A stretch of 64,000 nt of DNA from Eubacteriales bacterium (GCA_045540755.1 JAZQHV010000073.1:2434-66433); one strand, 5' to 3'. Numbered from the stretch's first letter, positions 53,369 through 62,224 are shown. The notes: a model not told the origin generated them from the letters alone. Translations and numbers: made by a program.

Positions 53369-53845
53369 ATGAACAAAAAGATCAAATTCCTCACGCATGC
53401 AGCGCTGATCGCCGCGCTGTACGTCCTGCTCACCTACCTTGCGGCACTCATGGGGCTTTCGAGCGGTGCGATCCAGATCCGCTTTTCGGAAGCACTCTGT
53501 GTCCTGCCCTACTTTACCCCCGCCGCCATCCCCGGGCTTACCGTGGGCTGTCTTCTGGCAAACGCATTGACGGGCAGTGCGCTTTGGGACGTGATCTTCG
53601 GCAGCCTTGCCACCCTTGTCGGCGCAGTGCTCGCGCGTCTGCTCCGCAAACGCAAGTGGCTTGTGCCGCTACCGAGCGTGCTCAGCAATATGGCAATCGT
53701 TCCGCCCGTGCTGATGCTGGTCTACGGCGCACCCGAAAGCTACCCGTTTTTACTCCTCACCGTGGGAATCGGCGAAGTCATCTCCATCTACGGCATCGGC
53801 ATGCTCCTGCTCCACGCGCTCGAGAAAAGAAATCTTTTTAAATAA
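53369..53845 (+). CDS. queT: QueT, queuosine-precursor transporter (ECF S-component type)
   Basis: 158 aa, 5 TM. ...AALIAALYVLLTY...IQIRFSEALCVLPYFTPAAIPGLTVGCLLANAL... is typical of the QueT family. A riboswitch lies upstream. Confidence 0.8.
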   Translation: MNKKIKFLTHAALIAALYVLLTYLAALMGLSSGAIQIRFSEALCVLPYFTPAAIPGLTVGCLLANALTGSALWDVIFGSLATLVGAVLARLLRKRKWLVPLPSVLSNMAIVPPVLMLVYGAPESYPFLLLTVGIGEVISIYGIGMLLLHALEKRNLFK

Positions 53846-53858
53846 TGCTCCGTCTTCT

Positions 53859-53895
53859 AAAAAGGCGCAGTCGCAAATGCGACTGCGCCTTTTTT
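53859..53895. terminator. bidirectional intrinsic terminator
   Basis: AAAAA-GGCGCAGTCGC-aaat-GCGACTGCGCC-TTTTTT between convergent genes. Confidence 0.85.
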
Positions 53896-53901
53896 GTTCG
53901 G

Positions 53902-54720
53902 TCACAGCTTGATCTTACCGACCTGCATACGCTTGCGGTACTCCCCCGGAGAGCATTTGACCTCCCTTTTAAAGGTGTCGGAAAAATAATATATGCTCGA
54001 GAAGCCCGTATCCTCCGCGATCTTGGTCAGCGTATCGTTGGTCTCGCGCAAAAGCGCCTTCGCAAGGCGGATCCGCTCCTGACGGATATACTGTGCAGGC
54101 GCGACCGTATACATCTGCCGGAAGGAATACCGAAAATGCGACTCACTCATTTTAAAGGTCTCGGCAAGCATCGGCACGTTCAGCGTGCTGTCCGAGAGCC
54201 TTGCGTCTATATACTCTCTCGCCTTTTCCATGCGCGCTTTTTTTTGCGCAGGCAAATAAACGGAATGCTTCGCCTTCAGAAAATCGGAATAGATCGTATA
54301 GAGCATAGAAAGACAGTCCGGTTGCATCGTAGATGGTTGCATATGCCAGGTCGTTACGATCTTGCGGAGCAGATGCTCGTCCTTTTTTCCGCCGAGCGGC
54401 GTCACCGCCTCGCACCGCAAAGCAGTACCTTCGGGCAGATCAAAAAGAAAATTCGCATAAACGATCCCGTATTTTTCACAAGGTACGATCAGATCATACG
54501 TGCATCCCTTTGCAAGATACAAAAGATCCCCCGCCTTTACCTCCACGGTGTAATCACTGAAGCGGTAGGTTGCTTTTCCAAACACCACGTACAAAAACGC
54601 ATCGCTCGGACGTCCGCCGACGTTCTGGTCTTTGTGTTCCCCTCCCGGTATGTCCCAGCCGATCCCGTGCAGGAATTTTTGAATATTCGGCATAAGCTCG
54701 CCAAGCCGTTGCAATTCCAT
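53902..54720 (-). CDS. AraC family transcriptional regulator, divergent from the M20-P5 operon
   Basis: GAGGGGTG RBS. Cupin-like N-terminal half. HTH ...LTKIAEDTGFSSIYYFSDTFKREVKCSPGEYR. Confidence 0.85.
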   Translation of the reverse strand: MELQRLGELMPNIQKFLHGIGWDIPGGEHKDQNVGGRPSDAFLYVVFGKATYRFSDYTVEVKAGDLLYLAKGCTYDLIVPCEKYGIVYANFLFDLPEGTALRCEAVTPLGGKKDEHLLRKIVTTWHMQPSTMQPDCLSMLYTIYSDFLKAKHSVYLPAQKKARMEKAREYIDARLSDSTLNVPMLAETFKMSESHFRYSFRQMYTVAPAQYIRQERIRLAKALLRETNDTLTKIAEDTGFSSIYYFSDTFKREVKCSPGEYRKRMQVGKIKL

Positions 54721-54818
54721 AGCATCACCCCTCGACTTGATTATAGCACAGAAAACGCAAAAATATATAAAAAGTGCAGATAAAACATCGAAAATCTAAA
54801 AAATCATCGAAAGCCGAA

Positions 54819-54847
54819 TTTACAGAACGGGTATATTTGTGTAATAT
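54819..54847 (+). promoter_or_regulatory. candidate promoter of the M20-P5 operon
   Basis: TTTACA (54819-54824), 17 nt, TAATAT (54842-54847). Confidence 0.4.
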
Positions 54848-54874
54848 GCAAATAGAAGGAGGGAGACGCTTTCT

Positions 54875-56215
54875 ATGTACGAAACACTTTTTAAAACGAT
54901 CGATGCCTGCAAAGACGAGATCCTTGCAGCTGAGCGGCATCTTTGGAACAACCCCGAGGCAGGCTTTCGCGAGTGGAAAACACACGCATTTATGAAAACG
55001 AAGTTTGAAAGCTACGGATACACCGTACACGAGGCAGGAGACATCCCCGGCTTTTATGCAGACGCAGATACAGGCAAGGAAGGACCTTGGATCGGCATAT
55101 TCGCCGAAATGGACGCCTTGCTGATCCCCGAGCATCCCGAATGCGACAAGGAAACGGGTGCAGTACACGCCTGCGCTCATCATTGTCAGTGTGCCGCCAT
55201 CCTCGGTCTTGCCAAAGCGCTGAAAGCAAAAGGCGCTATGGACGGGCTTGTCGGCGGTGTACGCCTGTTTGTCGTCCCTGCCGAGGAAGGGATCGAACTT
55301 GGCTACCGCATCGACCTCGTCAAAAAAGGCATCCTCCATTTCATCGGCGGCAAGCAGGAATTCATGCACCGCGGATTTTTAAACGGCATCGACATCGGCA
55401 TGATGATCCACGGTGGTAGCCACCCCTTTTCCATCGAGGTCGGCGGCAACGGGTATATCTGCAAGAAGTACACCTTTATCGGCAAGGCAAGCCACGGCGC
55501 GGCGCCGTCGCTTGGCATCAACGCGCTGTATGCGGCGACCAACGCACTTTCCGCCGCCAATGCGATCCGCGAACGCTTCAGCGGCGACAGCAAGTTCCGC
55601 TTTCATCCCATTATTACCAACGGCGGCGAGGCGACCAACGTGATCCCTGCCGAGGTAACCGTGGAAAGCTTTGTGCGCGGCGGTAGCATCGGACAGATCA
55701 CCCGCGCAAACGATGCCATCAATCAGGCATTTGCAGGCAGTGCCGCCGCAATGGGCTGTCGCCTTGTCATCGAGGATATGCTCGGCGCCATGCCGCGGCG
55801 CGAGGATGACAATCTGCGAAATGCTTTTGTGGACGTAGCCAAAACGCTGTTTGAAGAGGAGGAGATCTATCCGCATCGCCCGTGGAATGCAGGCTGTACC
55901 GACATGGGAGATATTTCCTCGGTGATGCCCTCCATCATCGCATACGTCGGCACCAGCAGCATCCCCTGCCATACGAAGCGTTTTGTCGTGGAGGATGCGT
56001 ATACCTCCTGCGTAAAAGGAGCAAAGGTGCAGGCGGGCTTTGTATACAGACTTTTGTCCGACAATGCTGCCCTTGCCAAAAAAGCGATCGCCGAGGACAA
56101 GCCGCCGTTTGCCTCCATAGAGGAGTATTTGTCTGCGGCAAAAAAACTCATCCGATTTGGAGATTCGGTCTTCTATAACGAGGACGGCACGATTACCATA
56201 AAAGCAAAGGAGTAA
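54875..56215 (+). CDS. M20-family amidohydrolase/peptidase (AbgB/M20D-like), cytoplasmic
   Basis: GAAGGAGGGAG RBS. ...LWNNPEAGFREWKTH..., metal-site ...HACAHH... and ...VVPAEEG. No signal peptide. Confidence 0.75.
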   Translation: MYETLFKTIDACKDEILAAERHLWNNPEAGFREWKTHAFMKTKFESYGYTVHEAGDIPGFYADADTGKEGPWIGIFAEMDALLIPEHPECDKETGAVHACAHHCQCAAILGLAKALKAKGAMDGLVGGVRLFVVPAEEGIELGYRIDLVKKGILHFIGGKQEFMHRGFLNGIDIGMMIHGGSHPFSIEVGGNGYICKKYTFIGKASHGAAPSLGINALYAATNALSAANAIRERFSGDSKFRFHPIITNGGEATNVIPAEVTVESFVRGGSIGQITRANDAINQAFAGSAAAMGCRLVIEDMLGAMPRREDDNLRNAFVDVAKTLFEEEEIYPHRPWNAGCTDMGDISSVMPSIIAYVGTSSIPCHTKRFVVEDAYTSCVKGAKVQAGFVYRLLSDNAALAKKAIAEDKPPFASIEEYLSAAKKLIRFGDSVFYNEDGTITIKAKE

Positions 56216-56218
56216 AAG

Positions 56219-59200
56219 ATGAAAAAAATAGTTTTTTCTCTTGTATTTTTCTGTATCGCAATGCTTTGCCTGCTACCGACGTTTGCGGCGGATACCGTCG
56301 TCTTTGTCACTGACGGCGGCACAGGAGACGGAACCGCCGCTACTGCACCGCTCGGAACGCTCGCCGATGCATACGCCGTCATCGGCAGTGGAAACGGTAC
56401 GATCGTTATCTGCGGCAAATATACGGTGGGCAATACGTCCACAGTCTCTCTGCCCGCGCATGACGGCACCGTTACCTTCACCTCCGTATACGGCGGAGTG
56501 GACTACACGGCAACAAACATGGCAGAACTGTATTTCAACGGCACTTCGTTCCTGAAACTGAACGGTGCGACCGTGTTTGACAATATCAAAATGACGCTGA
56601 AGGGCTCTGCCGCGGGTATCTGCTGTAATTTCAATCCCGTGACCCTTGGCGAGGGTGTTATCATCGACACGGCGACGTATAAAATGTATCTGGTCGTCGG
56701 TCCGAACGGCGATAGCGCAGGCACGCTGACCGCCGACGAGGTATTGGAGATCAACGTCTTCGGCGGAAAGTTCATCAACGTCACGGCATTCAGCCGCTCC
56801 GTAGCGGCGACAAACTCCGGCACAGTCATCCTGAATATCGGCGGCAATGCCGATATCCGCGACCTTTGCCCCGGTTCCCTGTCCGCAGGCTCCTATGCAG
56901 GAGCGACCTCGGTAAACCTCGGTGAAAGCGCCAAGGTGACCACCCTCTATCTTGGCGGATACAATTCCAAGGGCATGAAAGGGGACGTGGTACTGAACGT
57001 TGCCGACAATGCCGCGATCTCCGCGATCAAAAACTACGGTGACACTTATTTCCCCGAAAGTGAACGCTATCTCAACGTTTATTCGGAGAGCGTTTCTCTC
57101 CCCGATGCATACGCAGATTGCTTTGACCAGGTGACCACGCACGCGGACAATGCAGACGTGGTGTTTGTCTGCGAGGGAAAGAACGGAAACGGAAGCAATC
57201 CCCTCTCCCCCGCAGGCAGTCTGACAGAAGCCTTCGGTCTTGTCGGAAGCGGCGGAAAGATCGTTCTGACCGGCACCGCAAACTTTCCGAACAAGACCAT
57301 GTTGCAATTGCCCACCTGCACAGGCGAAGTCACGCTGACCTCCGTGCACGGCGGCAACGACTACCGCAAGCTTTGCAATGCCGCTTTCGGCTTTACAGGC
57401 ACAAGCTTTGTGTGCTTTAACGGCGACATCGTTCTCGACGATATCACGGCGAAGATCGGCAGCTCTACCGTCGGTTTCTGCTTCAATTTCCACAATGCTT
57501 ATATCGGCAGAGGCTTTGAGATCGACGAGCCGAGCGGATATCATCTGTTTGTCCTCGGCGGCACGAACAGTGATACGGCTCTGCCCGCTCTCGCCAAAGA
57601 CAAGGCGATAAGCATCACTATCTTAAGCGGCAGATATCACACGCTTTCGGGATATACCCGCCGCGTTACAAACGTTTCGCACGAGGGAACGGTCACCGTG
57701 AACCTCGGCGGCGATGCGGAGGTAAACGCATACAGCGTAGGTCCCATCAGCACGGGTGCACGCGGCGGTGAAAGCATCGTCAATCTGTCCGATGCCGCCA
57801 CCGTAAACACCATGTACCTCGGCGGCTACCAAAGCGGCGCCATGAACGGCAATGTCACGCTAAATATCGGCGACACCGCCACGGTCAAGAGTATTCTCAA
57901 CTATAACAGCACCTACTTTGCAAGCACAAAAAAGAACCTGAACATCCAAAGCGCAGAAGCGTCGCTTCCCGAAAACTACACCGACATCTTTGATAACATA
58001 ACGACCGTTCTGCAAGCCTACACGGTCACGCTTCCCCTCCCCGAGGATGCTCCGGACATTTCTCTTGCACAGTTGCTTGTCAACGGCGAGACCGCCGTTT
58101 CGTCGGTATCCGGAAGCGCGGTGACCTTTGAAAGCATCGAAAAGCAAGCGACGCTTTCCCTGACGTATAAGGATTCCGTCTACCGCAGGATCGTTTTCGA
58201 CGTGGATGCTACGTCGGGTACCACTGTGGCAACGCTTGCAAGCGACACGACCTATGACGGCTCGGTCATTTACGTTGCAGACGGGGCAAGCGGCGACGGT
58301 CTGACCGCGGATTCTCCCGTAGCAACGCTGACAAGCGCGCACAAGGCGATGCTGACCGCAGGTGGCACCGTGGTGCTTTGCGGCGAGGTGACCGTTCCTG
58401 CCAAGATCACTCTCCCGAGTCACGAAGAAACGGTCACGTACACAAGCGTGTACGGTAGTAGCGATTACCGCGAGCACGCGCGTCTGTTCTTCCCGAACGG
58501 CATGACCGTACTGCTCGGCGGTGACAGCGTATTCACCGATATCAACATACATACGACCACCTATGCATTCATTACCGCAGGTTTCCACACACTGACCTTT
58601 GACACGGGCGTTGTGACCACTGCCGGTCCCGAAGCTGAGGGGCTGAAAAAGAGCGAGGGCGCAAACGGACTCTACCTTGCAGGCGGCTACAACGGCGCAT
58701 CGATCGGCGAGGTCGAAGTGGCTTCGGATGCAAACATCACCCTGCGTAGCGGCTTTTTCCGCAGAGTGTACGGCTTCTCCCGTCTTTCGGGCAAAACGAC
58801 CTACACGGGTACGGCAACCGTCCTCTTAGAAGGCGATGCAGAGGTCGACGAGCTGATCGTGGGCGCAACGGGTAATTCCGCAACCGCAACGAACGCACAC
58901 GTGACAGTCAAGGACAATGCCATCATCTGGAATCTCTTTGCCTGCGGCCGCGAGACCGACAACTATCTGACAGGACAGTTTGACCTTGTGGTATATGGCG
59001 GCGATATCTATGAGATCGATGCCCTGCGCTTCTACGCCACCAAGTGTCCGATGACCTTTACCTACGACGTTCGCACCGTGCCGAGCGGATATCCCTACCT
59101 TGCAGAAATGGCACAGTTTGACGTGATCCAAACCTTCTGTGAGCGGGACAACACGCACAGCTTCTCCGAGCCGTATGCCAGCGAATTTGATGCAAGCATC

Positions 59201-60709
59201 CTGCTCTCGGTCTGCTCGGTCTGCGGTGAGCTCAAGGTGATCGGAGACGTTCCCGAGAGCACCGATAAAAACGTTGTATTTGTTGCAGAAGGCGGATATG
59301 GAGACGGAAGGCATCCCTCCGTCCCCACAAGCGATCTCTACGCCGCTTTTGCAAAGCTTTCAAGCGGTGGCACGATCGTCATTATGAACAGTTACACGCT
59401 CAGCGCCAACACTACACAAAAAGTAGGCAGTGCCCCGTCCTTTTTCCAAGAACCGATGCATGAAGGCACCGTTACCGTTACCTCCGTATACGGAGGCATC
59501 GACTACCGCAAGCAGGGCGCAAAGCTGACCTTCAACGGAAATATCGACTATAAGCTTTCAGGCCCCATAACATTTGAAAGCATCGTTTTTGATGCCACGG
59601 AAAAAGCGACCGAAAACAATATTGCCGCACGCTACAATGCGCTGAAATTCGGCAAAGACGTGACCATGCTCCGCACCAAGGCGGACGGCTACAGCCTCAA
59701 CCTTGTCGGCGGCTACCTGTATTTCCGTTACACGGATTTTGCAGACGTTGTCATCGAGGAAAACACCATCGACATGGTCAGCGCGGCACGCCCGCTGACG
59801 ATCAACGAGGAAACAGGCGATTACACCATCGACGATCCCGAAAATATCGTGACCTACGGCGAAACCAGCAATTTTGTACTGCACGCCGAGGCAGCAAGAG
59901 CGTTTAACAGAATGTTCGCGGATATGTCGGCGGCGGGACTGAAGGAGCCGACGCGCCTTAGCTTTGCCTGGCGAGGATATCTGCCGCAGTATGACGGGTA
60001 TACCAAAAACATCGGCATCGGCAGACTGGATTACGGCTACACCTTTGAGCAGGCACACAGATCCGTTATACGCCATTGCGCAACGCCCGGTACCAGCGAG
60101 CACCATATCGGTTACGCCATGGATTTCCACGATGAGGCGCTCGGCGACGATGCACACAAGAAGTACGATCAGACCGCAGAATGGGCATGGATCCTGCAAA
60201 ACGGATACAAATACGGCATCATTCTGCGCTATCCGTCAAACGATACCGCAACCACGGGCTTTTCGTATGAGGCGTGGCACTTCCGCTACGTGGGCATAGA
60301 GCACGCGACCGCCATTGCAAAGCTGAATGCAGGCGGCGATCCCGAAGGAAATGCAGAAATGCTTCTGACTCCCACGTGGTGTCTGGAGGAATACGTCGGC
60401 AAGATACTCGGCATGTACGACAAGGATGCCTATATTGAGATCGTCAGCGGCGATTTTGACGAGGTCACGGTCGGCTCCGTAGGTTGCGACTCTCTGCCGT
60501 TTACAGGAGAGGGCAACGTGCTTTACGGCGAAGCGCCGAGCGGAGATGCAAACGGTGACGAAAGGATCTCTTTGACCGACGTGATACGCATTCTCCGATA
60601 CAGCACGGACAGTGCGGTGACGATCTCCGCGGAAGCGGACATGAACCGCGACGGAAAGATCGACCTTTCGGATGCTTTACTGCTGATCCGCAAGATCCTG
60701 AATTCCTAA
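56219..60709 (+). CDS. P5: secreted protein with four beta-helix-like modules, a VanY/M15B D-Ala-D-Ala carboxypeptidase domain and a canonical two-loop dockerin (1496 aa)
   Basis: AAGGAG RBS inside the M20 3' end; 3-nt intergenic gap. Signal peptide ...LLPTFAAD. Module caps at about aa 25, 312, 682 and 1017, each followed by VT[FLYV]TSV[YH]GGxDY. Confidence 0.8.
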   Translation: MKKIVFSLVFFCIAMLCLLPTFAADTVVFVTDGGTGDGTAATAPLGTLADAYAVIGSGNGTIVICGKYTVGNTSTVSLPAHDGTVTFTSVYGGVDYTATNMAELYFNGTSFLKLNGATVFDNIKMTLKGSAAGICCNFNPVTLGEGVIIDTATYKMYLVVGPNGDSAGTLTADEVLEINVFGGKFINVTAFSRSVAATNSGTVILNIGGNADIRDLCPGSLSAGSYAGATSVNLGESAKVTTLYLGGYNSKGMKGDVVLNVADNAAISAIKNYGDTYFPESERYLNVYSESVSLPDAYADCFDQVTTHADNADVVFVCEGKNGNGSNPLSPAGSLTEAFGLVGSGGKIVLTGTANFPNKTMLQLPTCTGEVTLTSVHGGNDYRKLCNAAFGFTGTSFVCFNGDIVLDDITAKIGSSTVGFCFNFHNAYIGRGFEIDEPSGYHLFVLGGTNSDTALPALAKDKAISITILSGRYHTLSGYTRRVTNVSHEGTVTVNLGGDAEVNAYSVGPISTGARGGESIVNLSDAATVNTMYLGGYQSGAMNGNVTLNIGDTATVKSILNYNSTYFASTKKNLNIQSAEASLPENYTDIFDNITTVLQAYTVTLPLPEDAPDISLAQLLVNGETAVSSVSGSAVTFESIEKQATLSLTYKDSVYRRIVFDVDATSGTTVATLASDTTYDGSVIYVADGASGDGLTADSPVATLTSAHKAMLTAGGTVVLCGEVTVPAKITLPSHEETVTYTSVYGSSDYREHARLFFPNGMTVLLGGDSVFTDINIHTTTYAFITAGFHTLTFDTGVVTTAGPEAEGLKKSEGANGLYLAGGYNGASIGEVEVASDANITLRSGFFRRVYGFSRLSGKTTYTGTATVLLEGDAEVDELIVGATGNSATATNAHVTVKDNAIIWNLFACGRETDNYLTGQFDLVVYGGDIYEIDALRFYATKCPMTFTYDVRTVPSGYPYLAEMAQFDVIQTFCERDNTHSFSEPYASEFDASILLSVCSVCGELKVIGDVPESTDKNVVFVAEGGYGDGRHPSVPTSDLYAAFAKLSSGGTIVIMNSYTLSANTTQKVGSAPSFFQEPMHEGTVTVTSVYGGIDYRKQGAKLTFNGNIDYKLSGPITFESIVFDATEKATENNIAARYNALKFGKDVTMLRTKADGYSLNLVGGYLYFRYTDFADVVIEENTIDMVSAARPLTINEETGDYTIDDPENIVTYGETSNFVLHAEAARAFNRMFADMSAAGLKEPTRLSFAWRGYLPQYDGYTKNIGIGRLDYGYTFEQAHRSVIRHCATPGTSEHHIGYAMDFHDEALGDDAHKKYDQTAEWAWILQNGYKYGIILRYPSNDTATTGFSYEAWHFRYVGIEHATAIAKLNAGGDPEGNAEMLLTPTWCLEEYVGKILGMYDKDAYIEIVSGDFDEVTVGSVGCDSLPFTGEGNVLYGEAPSGDANGDERISLTDVIRILRYSTDSAVTISAEADMNRDGKIDLSDALLLIRKILNS
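59861..60313 (+). other. VanY / peptidase M15B domain of P5
   Basis: ATPGTSEHHIGYAMDF (SxHxxGxAxD zinc/active-site motif) and SYEAWHFRYVG (ExxH). Upstream ...AARAFNRMFADMSAAGL...WRGY. Confidence 0.75.
60536..60706 (+). other. canonical two-repeat dockerin of P5
   Basis: GDANGDERISLTDVIRILRY ... ADMNRDGKIDLSDALLLIRKIL: two Ca-binding loops, each followed by a helix. Confidence 0.7.
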
Positions 60710-60753
60710 AAAACTCCCCTGCAATGGGATTCCCATTGCAGGGGAGTTTTGTT
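60710..60753. terminator. bidirectional intrinsic terminator (16-bp stem)
   Basis: AAAA-CTCCCCTGCAATGGGA-t-TCCCATTGCAGGGGAG-TTTTGTTT between convergent genes. Confidence 0.85.
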
Positions 60754-60769
60754 TAGCGATCGTATAGAG

Positions 60770-62224
60770 TTATTTCTGCCATTCGGCAACGGCTTCTGCA
60801 TAATAGTCGTTGATGACGCCAAGCATTGTGTTGGCTGCGGACAGATATCTGTCGTACATCGAAGCAAAATCGGTACGGCGGTCGCGCAAAAGATAGATGA
60901 GCTGTTTGTTGTAGGGGCCGATCTGATAATAGTAGCCGATATCGTATACCAGATTATCAAAGATGATGTCCAGCATACCCTCCGACTCCTCGTCACGCGC
61001 GGACTGACCGATCAGCGTGATGTCGTAGAAGGCGGGCAGAACGATCTTTTGTCCGTAATACGCCAGCGCCTCGGTGAGCGTGCCCGTGCGCGAAATATCC
61101 TCCTGCACAAGCGGCAGACAGATGAACTGGGAATTGTAGGGAGCGATGGAGCTGTAATGCGCCTCCTGCTCCACGGTCAGCTTGGGATACGGCAGAACGC
61201 CGAAATCGCTCTCCATCTCGCGGAACTTCGAAATGTCCTGTATAAGATAGGTGAGGAACAAGCCCTGATCGTTCTGCCAGAGTGTTCTTGCAGGCGTGCC
61301 CGTGCGCTGGAACTGAAAGGCGTGCTGCTGATCGTAGGCAATGGCGGCATACTGTTCGAGTGCCGAAAGCGTGTTCTCGTTAAAGAAGGTCAACTCAATG
61401 GTACCGTCCTCCCGAATAACACAGCAACGCTCGCCCGCCGCATTGACCATGCCGACGATCGAGTCGTCCCACACGAGCAGTCCGTACAGATCGTTTTCGT
61501 CGTATCTGCCGTCCTGATTGAGGTCGCCCGACACCGATTTTACGAGCTTACCGAAGTTTTCGATCGTCCACTCGCCGTCATAGACCATATCGTAGGGCGA
61601 ATCCAGATGGTATTCCGCAACGAGGTCCTTGTTGAACATCAGACAAAAAGCGGTCTTGTTGTCCGAAATGGTAATGTCACCCGTGGTAAAGAACACAACG
61701 TCCTTGACCGAAAGGCTGTCAGTTGCATTCTGATCCCACCAGCTCTTGGAAAGATCGATCTCGGGCACGGCACGCATGTCGTACAGATATCCCGAATACG
61801 CAAGTGCGGAAACGTCATAACCTGCGATCAGGGCGAGGTCATAGTCGGTGTCGCCCGCATTGACCTGCTTTGCAATCTGCATGTATCCGGGACCCGCGCC
61901 GCTGGAATAGGCGATCTCCACGTCCTGCGAAATGGCAACCTTGTAGTCCTCCTCGACCTTGACCTTGCGCTTATACTGTGCATTGTCGAGCACGATCTCC
62001 GACTCTTCCTCCACGGTAAAATCCTCGACCGCCTGATTGCCCGCGGTCAATACGCGGAATTCATGGCCGCCGAAGTCCGCGGTAAGCGGAATGTCAAGCG
62101 TCTCGCCTGCGGGCGTTGTCATAGCCTCAGTCGGCACAGTGGTCTCCGCCGCGTCCTGCGTGCCGCAAGCCGCGAGCAAACAAGCCGTCAGAAATACTGC
62201 CGAAAGTATCATTAGTTTTTTCAT
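60770..62224 (-). CDS. ABC-transporter extracellular solute-binding lipoprotein (large sugar/oligosaccharide-type SBP)
   Basis: Start MKKLMILSAVFLTACLLAACG at 62224 (AAGGAGAG RBS), lipobox LLAAC. 484 aa. Confidence 0.65.
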   Translation of the reverse strand: MKKLMILSAVFLTACLLAACGTQDAAETTVPTEAMTTPAGETLDIPLTADFGGHEFRVLTAGNQAVEDFTVEEESEIVLDNAQYKRKVKVEEDYKVAISQDVEIAYSSGAGPGYMQIAKQVNAGDTDYDLALIAGYDVSALAYSGYLYDMRAVPEIDLSKSWWDQNATDSLSVKDVVFFTTGDITISDNKTAFCLMFNKDLVAEYHLDSPYDMVYDGEWTIENFGKLVKSVSGDLNQDGRYDENDLYGLLVWDDSIVGMVNAAGERCCVIREDGTIELTFFNENTLSALEQYAAIAYDQQHAFQFQRTGTPARTLWQNDQGLFLTYLIQDISKFREMESDFGVLPYPKLTVEQEAHYSSIAPYNSQFICLPLVQEDISRTGTLTEALAYYGQKIVLPAFYDITLIGQSARDEESEGMLDIIFDNLVYDIGYYYQIGPYNKQLIYLLRDRRTDFASMYDRYLSAANTMLGVINDYYAEAVAEWQK

